Source: Marsupella aquatica
Taxonomy: Eukaryota > Plantae > Marchantiophyta
Length of the DNA: 64,000 nucleotides
Assembly (NCBI GenBank): GCA_973895155.1
Contig: OZ316894.1
Span: 16,662,216-16,726,215 of the forward strand
Reading direction: 5' to 3'
Numbering within the stretch: position 1 is the stretch's first letter; each line of letters starts with the position of its first letter. Both the position numbers and the translations under genes were made by a program. This document shows, one piece after another, positions 38,563 through 49,801 of this stretch. A model generated the notes under the pieces. It made no database searches. It worked only from the letters and a program-made list of their open reading frames with translations, and was not told the DNA's origin.

Positions 38563-40469
38563 ATGTCTGCAATGCCAGCTTCGGCAGCAGGCCAAGGAGT
38601 GCCTCCTGTTATACCTACTACCTCTCGACCGGCTAGGAAACGAGGCACTGCTACGCCGAAGACAATAGCGGATGCTGCCTCATGGGATTCCCCTATTCTT
38701 CCAAGTAGAGTTTCTCTGCGAGTACGAAATGCTGCAACGTTGTCAGCAAATGGCGACGCAAGCAACAAAATGCATACAGGAGAGGATGATGGGGCAGGGA
38801 AGCCAACTAAGCATAAAAAAACTGCAGTGCAGCCTATCCATCAAGGATCGCCAGTGAAATACAAGTCAGCAAAGCATAATGAGGTCCGCATCGCAGCTCG
38901 GAGGAGGCCAAACTCCACCTTAGATTCAACTGGCCACTTTTTCTCGCGTACTTTTCTATTCTTTGTTATAGGGACCGGACTGGGTTTGTGGGCCTGGAGA
39001 ACACGTCCTCAACTCTCATATTCCAGTCATGGAATAACTCTGGAGATGGGGAAGCTTGAAGACTTTTTGGCAAAGACCACAAAATGGATGCAGGTGCAGC
39101 TGGAGGCAGTAGACACGAAAATGGGGCACGAAATTGGAGCTCTAAAGAAAAACTTGCACAAGGAGCTAGAGTTGCAACAGACGCATATTTCCACTGATGT
39201 GAAAATCTTGAAGGAGAAATTTTTGAAGGTTGGTGCTTCTGTGGATGCTTTGTTCAGCCAGGGAGGGCCTCTGACAAAAAAGGAAAGCCTCGAGCTTATC
39301 AAAGAGGTGGTGGAAAAAAGAGCAGCTGAGGGGAAAGGCAAAGCTTTCAGTCTAGACGATGTCAGGACGGCGGCTAGGCAGGTTGTGCTTCGAGAACTAG
39401 AGCGGCACTCAGCAGATGGGATTGGGAGAGTAGACTATGCTTTGGGGAGTGGGGGTGGCAAAGTAATTGCACATTCAGAGGGATATTACATTGGTCGCGG
39501 ATCGGATTGGCGGACTGTTTTGGGACTTCTTCCAGGATCCGACCGAATTCATACCTTTGCTGAGAAGATTCTTCAGCCCAGCTTTGGAGAACCTGGACAA
39601 TGTCTCCCTTTGAAGGGAGGCGATGTCTGGGTAGACATTGCTCTAAGGACTACCATTTGTCCGGATGGCGTCACTCTCGAGCATGTTGCCAAGGTATATC
39701 TTTACTTCAAGTGAGAGTGACCCTGTGTAACCGTTGGTAAGGAATGTTTGTCATGATAGATCATCCATCAGTCCTTTAATGTAGACACTGCTGCATTCTT
39801 TTGTTAATCTTTCTGTCTATTGTATTATCACCCAAAGCTCCGAAGCCCGCGGTCATGTACTGGGGATGATCCTCTCTATGAGACGTATAAACGAACGCAA
39901 GGAACATTTTTGTTCCAATGCTCCAGCAAGCTTATTGCACTGAGGGCTCTGTATGCGGAAGGTAAACTTCATACAACGAGAGGCTTGAGGAGGTTCTGAT
40001 TGATATCCATCTCGGACCTATTGGAAGGATGGTGCAAGTGAAGTGCTAAACTATTCTCATTGATTCCATTTCTCCATGAATACTAGATTCGGTTCATGTC
40101 GGATGATACGACCTGTAGGGCCCCCTCTGAACACTAAATCTTCCTGGTGTTTATGTTTTGCAGGAAAATGCGTTTGATCTTTCAAGTGCTCCAAAAGACT
40201 TTCGTATTTTTGGATGGCAAGAATCTCGGGGGCACAGAGATGTGCAAAGTCCTGTGACTTTGAGGCAATTGGGAGAATTCACGTACGATACTGCCAAGGC
40301 GAGTGTGCAGTCATTCCCTCTCGCCAGTGAGAGTGTTGCGGGTGCACTAATAAACATGATACGACTTCATGTTCTGTCTAATCACGGCAGTGCTACCCAC
40401 ACATGTATCTATCGGGTGCGTGTGCACGGGTCTGACCCTACATCAAGTCCAATTCCAAGTATTGCGTAA
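38563..40469 (+). CDS. SUN: C-terminal SUN-domain protein, copy B (tandem paralog); 2 exons, ~478 aa
   Basis: Exons 38563-39693 and 40164-40469. Same motifs and same intron position (after EHV.K) as copy A. The ATG at 38563 (MSAMPAS) aligns with the copy A start (MSAVSAS). Confidence 0.93.
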
Positions 40470-40532
40470 TAGATTCTTCATCCAAAGTTTCCAATTCCAA
40501 GTATTGCGTAATAGATTCTTCATCCAAAGTTT
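40449..40532 (+). repeat. Perfect 42-bp tandem duplication spanning the SUN copy B stop codon
   Basis: CCAATTCCAAGTATTGCGTAATAGATTCTTCATCCAAAGTTT occurs twice in tandem. Confidence 0.95.
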
Positions 40533-41539
40533 CTGCGCACAGCAGAATTGACAAGGTAGAAATTGCGGAGATGAGTTTGTTGGTGAGACCCAAAGCCAGT
40601 CATCGGATAGATTGCTCTGGTCCAACTCCAGCTATCTGAGGACCTTGTTAAAGACGCTAGGTACGATAAATGTTGTTCGGTATCCATCCACTGTTGAAGT
40701 TTTGTGCCAGATTGCCCAGGCCACGGTTGTTTGACCCATGTCTGTTGCTTTACATCTGTAAATCGAGAGGAACAGTTTTCTAGCCTATGATTACGATTTT
40801 GACCAAAGAATTGTCCCATTTTTACGAAGAGTATACAATGATCGAGAGAAGATCACTTCATTATTGTGACTTGTGAAAGTAACCTACAGTAGATTAGGTG
40901 AGGGGAGCAAGGGGAACTTAAACGTCAATCTTGTGGTACTATCATTTTCAAATTAAATATCTTGTCATTAGTATGATGTGTACAACCAAATAAAGTGTGC
41001 ACTACACAATGTATGAACCGTATGTATGAAATTATACTACAAAAGTTGAGTCTGATGAAAAATAATCTGTAATTCTCTCAATTCTGAATGAATGCTGGCA
41101 AATTAGACTCGTTGGAAGATCTAGCTTTCCAAATAGCTCCTAACAAACCCAATAACAGGTGATTGCCCTGCACACCAGGGGAGAAATTGAAGTTAGAAGT
41201 TTGCCGATAAAAAATCATTGGGAAGTGGGGACAAAGTACGTTGAGTGAGGAGGAATATTTGAAAACTGACTCTCAATTCTTAATTACAGTTGGCTACATT
41301 AGACTAGTTTGGAAAGACCTTTCCAAGTTGCTTCTCATGAACCCAAGAACAGCCAATTTCACTGCACATCAAGGGAAACATTAAGTGTCAAAACTTTCAA
41401 AAGTGGAGCAAGTATCATAAAGTGATGTGTAAAAGGATATTGTGCTATATAAATATTGTATGGCTTACACCTCAGTCCACAGTTTTTCAAATTGGACTAG
41501 TATAACATTCATCAAATTTTTAATTAAGGCAAGTTCCAC

Positions 41540-42571
41540 TAGGGGGTCTAGAATCTCAAAACTTGATGTTCCTTACCTACTAGGTTCAGGCTACTTACCA
41601 AAAAACTTATGGAGTATCAAGTTCAAAAATCCATAACTTTTTGCCATAAAGATTGATCATATGCCATAACCAAAAGTCATTGTAAAGGCTCCAAGAAAGA
41701 AACAAAAGGAGAACTTTTTTGCAGCCCTGTGAAAACCTTAGGCCCCTAAGAACTTGTTGCCATAATGATTAATCATATGGCATGACCATAAGTCATTGTA
41801 GAGGCTACTTGAAAAGAACTAAAATGACACTTTACACAACCCTGTGAAAAAGTTGTGCCCAAATTGTTTATTGCCATAAAGATTGATCATACTCCATGAC
41901 CATAAATCATTGTAGAGGCTCTGAGAAACAACCCTGTGAAAAAATTAGGCCCATAAGTTTTTTGCCATAAAGATTGTTCATATGCCATGATGGTGAAGTC
42001 ATTGTAGAGGGTCTGGAAAAAAAAGCCTGTGAAGAAGTTAGGCCCATAAAACTTTGTGCCATAGAGATTGATCATAGGCCATGACTCTAAGTCATTGTAG
42101 AGGCTAGTGAAGAAAAACCAGAATGCCTTTCCCACAACCTAGCTTGTGAAAAAGTTGCCCATAAACATTTTCTGCACAAACACGACTACTGTGGTCATTT
42201 TAGAGGCTAGTGAACAAAACAACTACAAAACCTATTACATAAACCTGTCAAAAAGTTACAACCATTTTTCTTTTATGGCCAAAAGTCCATCACCTGTAAG
42301 GATGAACCTTTCCTATTAGGGAGTCTCTAAACTTCAAAGTTGTGGATGATGACTTTTGGCCATAATCAAATGACCATAGCTTCTTCGAGGGTCATGTAAA
42401 TTTCAAGAGTTATGTAAAAAATTGGTTTTTTTTTTGGCTAGCCTATTTTTGCAATGACTTATGGTCAATCTTTATGGCAGAAAATTGTGTATCATGAATT
42501 TGGTAGTATATAACTTTTTCTTTCCAACTAATAAGTCAAGGGAATCAAATTTTGAGGTTTGCGAACCCCTA
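41540..42571. mobile_element. Degenerate modular TIR (foldback-like) element with internal tandem subrepeats
   Basis: Imperfect TIRs TAGGGGG..CTCAAAACTTGAT / ATCAAATTTTGAG..CCCCTA. Five to six copies of GCCATAAAGATTGATCAT..AAGTCATTGTAGAGGCT at 41643-42210 and an inverted copy near 42450-42480. Superfamily unresolved. Confidence 0.6.
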
Positions 42572-42868
42572 TTATTAAACTAGGTTGTCTTGGACCAGGT
42601 TGTGTCTCGTACCCTTCTGGTGGTCGGTCAGGCTGATGATTGACGAAGCATTGTCGGCACCAGCTCTATTCCTTCCGGTATGAATTCAATCAATTTTCCC
42701 GCCAATTCTTCCGCCACCGCCATCGTTGCCCACAGAATGATGACACTAGTGTACTAATCCTACAGTACTTTTACATGAGCTCGCTCCTTATTAAAGTACT
42801 TGAGAAAATTGTTTGTGTGGTCAGAGAGAGAGAGAGAGAGCGAGAGCGGTGCATAGCGAAAGGAGGAG

Positions 42869-44690
42869 ATGGAGAAGAAGTTAGAGCCCAAAGTGGGCGT
42901 GGGAGTTCTGATCTGCAAAGATGGTCGAGTACTCGTCGGTCAACGTAAAAGTTCTATCGGAGACGGATTCTTTGCACTGCCAGGAGGTCATCTGGAGTTT
43001 GGTATAGTGCCGTGGACTCCCCCTCTCCATTCCAAAACATAAAGAATCAAATAAACTTTCGACTTTCTACAGATGCGTGGCAAGTTTTGGTTTTCCGCCC
43101 GTAGTTTCCAGTGAGCTGATTTCCAGGATTGGCTTTTCTCCTCAGATTTGTCATCTACTTTGATTTCCCTGGATTCAGCAGTTGTTAGCAATGGATTTGT
43201 CCAAATCGCCGCGAATTTGATGTACCAGGGAAGGCCTTCAGTTTCTCCAGGAATTATTTGAAGATGAGCTCTGGTGATGTGAAGTTGTTCAGAAGTTCTG
43301 TAGGCCGGGTTGACACAAGAAGTCGCTCCGTAGCTAGGGTATTGTATGGTACCTTGTCGCATTTAGGGGGAATCTAACGTGAAGAAAAGATATCGTTAAG
43401 TTGATACTAATTCCAGCTGAGACGACACAGCGTCATCTCATTCTACATGATACTCATTTCGTACCACTAGCTCAGGGACGTGCAGTGTCCTACAGCAAGA
43501 ATTTTGGTAGAAGTGGGACAAGTAATTTTTCTAATTTGTGGTTCATTTAGCTGCTTCATCACCATCCTTCAGCTTATTGGTCGATAAGTCTGAATGCTAT
43601 CGTGAATAAACCCCAGGTTGCTCTTCAAGCATGGCATTGCGGACTGGAGGAGTCAGGTTAGAGTTTGGTGAACTTGTTAGTGTTTAGTCTGTTTGATAAG
43701 TTTGTCACATTTTAATTCTTTGAATGCCCTGTTTTATTCCGTGTAGTGATCCCTTGAAGACCTGATTAAGATTAAAACCTAGACCGCTCTTAGATGTATG
43801 TTTTGCTATCCGAGTTCCAGTGTTCATCATCGCAGCGACAATATCTACTGCACTTGAATTGGTCAGTCTACCGAAGCCAGCCGGCTTAAAAGGTCCATAA
43901 GGTCGTCAAAGAAACGAACATTCTCACAGAATGTTTTCCACCTTTCAATGCCATTTTTTGTCGAACCCTGTAAGAGACCGATGAAGTCCTAGACCGCTCT
44001 TAGATTTATGTCTTTTCCATGCGAGTTCCAGCGTTCATCATCTCAACGATGATTCATCTCCTGTAATTGACATGATGGCTGCTCTTAAAGCATTGCATTG
44101 CAGACTGGAGATAATTAGAGTGTGCCCATCGTGTTAGCGTCAAGTCTGTTTGAGAAGTCGGCAAATAAAGGGATGTTCTCATCGAACTTTCTCACTGTTC
44201 AATTCTGTGAACGTCATTTGTTAAGGCACCATGCAAGACCTACACCTCTCTTAATTTTACGTTTTTGCCATCCGACTTCCAGTGTTGTTCATCTCAACGA
44301 TAACCCATCTACGGCAATGGGAAATGGGAAATGGGATGCGATGCAATGCAATGCTGAGTGAAGCCTCACGGATTCGTTAATCTCGTGTTTGCAGGGGAGA
44401 CATGGGAGCAATGCGCTGCTCGAGAGGTGGAAGAAGAAACGGGGCTACAGATCCAGAACATACAGTTCGCGTGGGCTACGAACTCGGTCATGTTAGAAGG
44501 GCCTCGACCGTCCCATTATGTGACGATTTTTATGAAATCCGAATTGAAGGATCCTGAGCAGGAGCCACAAAACTTGGAGCCTGACAAGTGTGGAGGATGG
44601 GCCTGGGCTGATTGGCCCCATATCCCGCAACCTGTATTCATACCTCTTCAGTCACTTATCGACACCAAGCTTGATCTTTTCGTGAAGTAA
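42869..44690 (+). CDS. NUDT1: Nudix hydrolase 1-like (NUDT1/NUDT15 type); 2 exons, ~142 aa
   Basis: Exons 42869-43001 ([44 protein letters not shown]) and 44395-44690. The intron splits the Nudix box [31 protein letters not shown] and [10 protein letters not shown] are typical of this subfamily. Confidence 0.93.
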
Positions 44691-45514
44691 GCAACTACTG
44701 TACTCTTGAGCTTGTGTGGAAAAACAAATCCTTGCAACGAGAGGCTCCCCCTGGAATGGAATGCTTAATTGTTTAGAGAGACACTGGTGTTTTGACAGAG
44801 AAAGGTGAAGAGCCAATTGTTGGTCCTTCACAGGCTTTCCGAGTAGCACTTTGCATTCGAGTGACATTACAGGATAGGGCGTCTCAATGCAGGAGTGTGA
44901 TGGTGAAGAGCCTTTGGCAGGAAGAATCGATCCTAACTATTTGCAGGGTCACATGAAGATTTCGAATTTCGAATTTGGTATTTTATTTTTCTTCGAGGGG
45001 AAACTGCCCAAAAGCAAGACCTGAAACTGGCTTGGCTTGGAGGCAAGGAAAACCCCCAAATTTTATATCTAGTACTTTTTCATATAATTCCTACACTACT
45101 ACAAGGGTCTGTGGTGCATAACACATTAAATAAGCCTGAGGCCGTAGGAGCATAGCCATGTTGCGTGCGCAAGCAGAACCCATTGGCAGATCTCAAACTG
45201 GAGCAATTTGCTTAGGTAAGTTTGAACTTGAGACCTGTTAATTAGAAGCAAATTTTGTTGTTTTTTTTGTTTCCTTGAAAAGCAGTTCTATTCACCAAGA
45301 GAAGTTCTAGAGAGATGAGATGGTAGCCCTCAAGGGTGGCAATACTACTGGCAAAGAGCCTCTGTTTGCGGCTATTACTTATGGCAAAAAGTTATCAAGC
45401 ATCAATTTTGTGTCTAATATTTTCTGGCCATAACCTATTGTGTAGATTAAGGCCTAGGCAATTTTGCACTACAAGATGCCAAGTACGATGTATTGAGACA
45501 TGATTCACATGCTG

Positions 45515-46370
45515 CCTATGGACTGGTTAAATTCTATTTATCACAATGCCAGTGTTTTGTTTGTGGGTCAAGAAAATTAACATGGGTAAGCTCCCTCATA
45601 ATCATATGGCTGTCATCACAATGCCAGTGTTTTGTTTGTGGGTTAATAAAATTAACATGGGTAAGCTCACTCACAATCATATGGCTGGCATCGCATGAGT
45701 CTCATGATCGGATAGCTTCAGTATCCTTCAAGATGATTATAATCACCCTTAGCAGAACAGAGGCTGAGGCTATGCGCAGAGATAGGCTGGCCTTGGACAG
45801 AGGACACAACCCAACCCTAGTCAACTGACTCAAGGGTGGTCAAAGTCACCTTGAGAGAGACCCAGGTCATTTGATCACGAAACTGAGTGTGATGATAGCC
45901 ATTGAATGTGAAGAAGCTAACCTGGGTTAATATACTTCATGCACCAACAAAAACAATGGCACTCTGATAAATAGAAAAGAATCAATGGCAAGGTACTCTT
46001 TACGCAAAAAAATTCATGCTACTCTAATAGATATGAACACTATACAAAGGACTGTTAATATCAAGGTTTGTCTCTTGTGTCCTCTCTCCAGGGCCAGCCT
46101 ATCTCTGTGCATAGCCTCACCCTCTGTCCTGCTAAGGGTGATTATAATCATCTTGAAGTATACTGGAGTTATCCGATCATGAGACTGGTGCGATGACAGC
46201 CACATGATTGTGAGTGAGCTTACCCATGTTAATTTTCTTAACCCACAAACAAAACACTGGCATTGTGATGACAGCCATATGATTGTGAGTGGGCTTACCC
46301 ATGTTAATTTTCTTGACCCACAAACAAAACACTGGCATTGTGATAAAATATAATTTAACCAGTCCATAGG
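45515..46370. repeat. Long inverted repeat: arms 45515-45809 and 46075-46370, 265-bp spacer
   Basis: The arms are highly similar reverse complements, and each contains a ~75-bp internal tandem duplication. The mirrored ORFs 45493-45828(+) and 46014-46367(-) reflect this symmetry. Confidence 0.92.
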
Positions 46371-46947
46371 TATGTGTTATGCTTTAAAAAGAGTGGCAAT
46401 TTAATAATTCTTACTAATAAAGTGCAATGAAAACCTATTTTTCAAAGCTAGTGTCTAAAGTGAAGCCAGCCTCTAGAGTGACGCCAAGAGAATACCTCAA
46501 AGTGCACACAGAAAATAGGGATTAAAGCAAAGACTACTGTAGGTATTAATAAAAATAAAATTGGCAAGATTTTGTCTCGTCTCTATTTACTAACGGGTAA
46601 TTAGGCTAGTCCAAGAGAATCACAATAGACTTGGTCTATGGGAGTCTTAAGGTCAAACGTTATGGTCGATCCAAGCATCGGCGTGAGGATTGTAAAGTAG
46701 ATAAGGAGTTCGTCATCGATCAGTCTCGGGATTTCTCAATTGGCCGAGCCAATGTGTTTTCCCAAGCTGCACTGGACTGGTCTCGACTGAACAAATTTGC
46801 TTTCAGACTCGACTCCAGCAGAGGAGAGAACGTGAATGAAAGTGGACGAAATGGAGAGCGGGTGATCTGCGTGCTTGATGCCCCGAACCCTTTTTCCCAC
46901 GCTCGGGTTCAGTCTGGATGGTCGAATTTCAGGAGCAGAATAAGTTT

Positions 46948-47382
46948 GCGCTTCTCAATTAGAGGACAGGAACAATGGCGTCTCTGGCTCTGCAGCACCA
47001 GAGTGTCTGCTTGTCACTCTCGTCCGCCTCCTCGGCCACCTGCGGGAATTCCCCGGCGTATGTCTCTCTCTGTCCCCTCTCTCTGTAGCTCGGTTCGTCG
47101 AGATATTGCCATTTATTCCGACCACACTGCATTGCATGTGTGGCAGATAGATTCTTAGGTAATTAGATTTCGCTTCTCAATTGGAGGACAGGAACAATGG
47201 CGTCTCTGACTCTGCAGCACCAGAGTGTCTGCTTGTCATTCTCTTCCGCCTCCTCGGCCACCTCTCAGAATTTCCCGGCGTATATATCTCTCTCTGTCTC
47301 TGTAGCTCGGTTCCTCGAGATATTGCCATCGTTCATTTATTCCGACTACATTGCATTGCATGTGTGGCACACAGATTCTTAG
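46948..47382 (+). repeat. ~222-bp tandem duplication containing the 5'UTR end, ATG exon and donor of the GIY-YIG gene
   Basis: 46948-47158 and 47170-47382 align almost end to end (CGCTTCTCAATT.GAGGACAGGAACAATGGCGTCTCTG ... TGCATGTGTGGCA.A.AGATTCTTAG). Confidence 0.92.
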
Positions 47383-49801
47383 TTGTGATCGTTACTCTTC
47401 GACTTATGCGTCCTCTGCTTTTTTTGGCCAAAGTTTCATGTCAATTCTGACCCCTGCTTGTTTGTGATGAAGTTTCTTTCTCTTGATACTGCACGGCAGT
47501 ACAATAAACGACGTGTACGTGCTGGTGTTTTGAATGTTGATTGAACGGAAGGAGTCCCCATCGCAACTGGTGCCTTCCGTGTCTACATGTCAGTTTGATT
47601 TCGTTCTGCTGTGGTCTGATTCGTCCTGTTTCTCGTGCAGGAAGAGACTTCTTTCGGACAACTGGCCTGTGGTTTCGCGTCGGAGCCTCCCGATCGGTGT
47701 AGCTGTAGCGTCCTCCGCGGGTTTGTCACTTCCTCCACCATTCTGCTCTGCTTTGCTTTGGGAATTGGGAATGTTTTCTTGATATCCTTCTTTGCAACGT
47801 CAACACCTTCAATTTTGGTCAGGGACGAATGCAGAGCACGAGCTGAACTTATCGCACCTTGGTAGTCTCTATGGCTTTTTTGGTAGAAGACGGGGTTGAT
47901 ATATGCATTTGGCTATTTGTATTGTCACTAATTGTTCCTTCCGTGGATTTTGCATTTCATTCCAATCCAGCAGAACCGAAATGGAAACAGAAGCTAGCGG
48001 CGGCTGACGAGCGTGCCGAGGCAACTCGGCGAGCTACTGCACAGGTAGGCTCTCCCCCCATAAAGCCTAGTCGCGTTCGATCGCTTACCGCTCTGGTTCT
48101 TTTATAATTTCTCCAGTGTGGCTCCTAGATGGTGAGGTTTCCGATGTCCATCCTAAATGGATGTGTATACCCCGGATGTGAGAAATTCACGCACGGGTTT
48201 TTCTCGAAGTTAGAATTGCAACCATGGTTATTCTCAAATTCAGAAAAATCTGTGAGGAGAGGCATCAACAGTATTATCCTGTGGACTGTCTAAAAGTTAT
48301 GAAGTGTCCCAAAGCCATGAAATTGCCCCGGGGAGAGCCTCTGGGTGGATCTTTGAAATTATGTTAAAAAGCATGGGGTATATTTCCACGGGTACGGTTT
48401 CCAAGAGATCTTTTCATAAGCCAGACTGTGGAGTCAGTGGGTTTGTTTCCCGTACAAGGTGTTGAATGCACCATTAGTAGTGTCACTGAAATGGAATTTG
48501 ATTGCATGGGGAGCTTCCGTGATGAAATCCTGAATTTTGGCCTCGTTTGTGCTGTGAAGGCTCAAGAAGATTACAAGAAAAGGCAAGCACAAATTCGTAG
48601 ACAACAGGACTCCGAAAGCACCGATATAGTGAGCTTAGGTAGTCTCGAATGTATCCCCTATCTTACAGAAGAAGGAAAGATTGCAGACTGCAGCAAGCCG
48701 GATGCGAAGGCTAGCGTTTATGCTGTCTTCGATGACGCGAAGGCTCTACAATATGTCGGTGTGTCGCGGGCGGTAAGTAATCTATCCACGCTTTTGACCA
48801 CATGCTCTTGTCTTCTCATCCCTTTTGTAATGTCTCTCTAACTTTTTTCCCTGTCCGTCTATTTGTCAAGACAGGTATACCCAAGCATGAAGCTCCATTT
48901 TGCTAGGGTTCCGTCAAAATGTTTCTTTGTAAAGGTGCAGCATCTTGCCAGACCTAGTCGCTCCCTTCTAGAAAGCATTCGGGATAAGTGGATAGCTGAC
49001 AACGGTTACTCCCCGCCTGGAAACGACAACGGGGAGCAGCAGAATATATGGGAGAACCCTCTGGACTGCAAACCTTTAATGACAGGTGCATTTTTCTTCG
49101 CTTTAGCCCCAATTGGGGATTGAATGAAAGCCAGCTGTCCATAGTACTGTCTTAAGCAGTACTGCACCCGACTCCATTCCTTTGCTTTACCACATACACA
49201 CTGTCAGAATGCAAGATACATTTCTCTAGACCGTCGATTGTTCCACTAGTTCGCTACAAGGTTTCTTGTCTGAGCTGAATCAATGAAGCTGGCTGCAAGT
49301 CCGCTTTAGTCCAAAATGGCAGTTTTCGAAGTAGCTCAGCAGCCCCTGTGCACTGCCTGGGGATTGACTCCAATTTCACCATTCCTGTTGGTCATTATCT
49401 CGGTTTACTTAACTTCATGTGTGTTTCAGAGGCTCTTCAGCATGATCTTTTCTTCAATCTCTTTGCCATTTATTAAGAACCTTGGTTATTGCATCCATTG
49501 ATATAAGTTTTTTAACTCATCCGGACTTCCAGACGAGGAGAGGAAATTTTTGGAAGAAGCTGCCCCTGGTCCACCAACAGCGAAGGCTCTGAAGAATGTG
49601 GCTCGAAGGATTGAGGCAGGATTGCTTGAAACTATCAAGGCGCGGAACTGCACTGAACCAATGCGGTTTGATCCCAAGTTGAAGGACAGTGGCCTACTCG
49701 ACTTGAAAAATCAGGATCCACCAAAGTCCCAAAGAAAACCTGACACTGCAGTCCCAACCACGAACGTGAAACCTGCAGCTGTCGGTGCAACTTCCTTGTG
49801 A
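46975..49801 (+). CDS. Plastid-targeted GIY-YIG superfamily protein (GrxS16-N-terminal-like / cyanobacterial standalone type), ~308 aa, with two candidate first coding exons
   Basis: Exon 1a 46975-47057 or exon 1b 47197-47279, then 47641-47720, 47971/47974-48044, 48560-48772, 48875-49085, 49533-49801; all phases are consistent. Motifs SVYAVFD..K.LQYVGVSR, RPSRSLLESIRDKWIADNG..PPGN, LKNVARRIE, RFDPKLKDSGLLDLK. Ser/Ala-rich N-terminus. Confidence 0.85.

Noticed and set aside
41640-42210. Repeat/spacer-like array considered as a CRISPR array
   Set aside because: The units are degenerate along their whole length and the spacers are homologous to each other. There are no cas genes, the context is eukaryotic, and the array is explained as TE subrepeats.
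45467-45476. CACTACAAG as a CACTA transposon terminus
   Set aside because: I found no matching inverted terminus or 3-bp TSD nearby.
45493-46367. Two similar Cys-containing ORFs on opposite strands
   Set aside because: They are by-products of the inverted repeat and its 75-bp internal duplication, with no domain or splice support.
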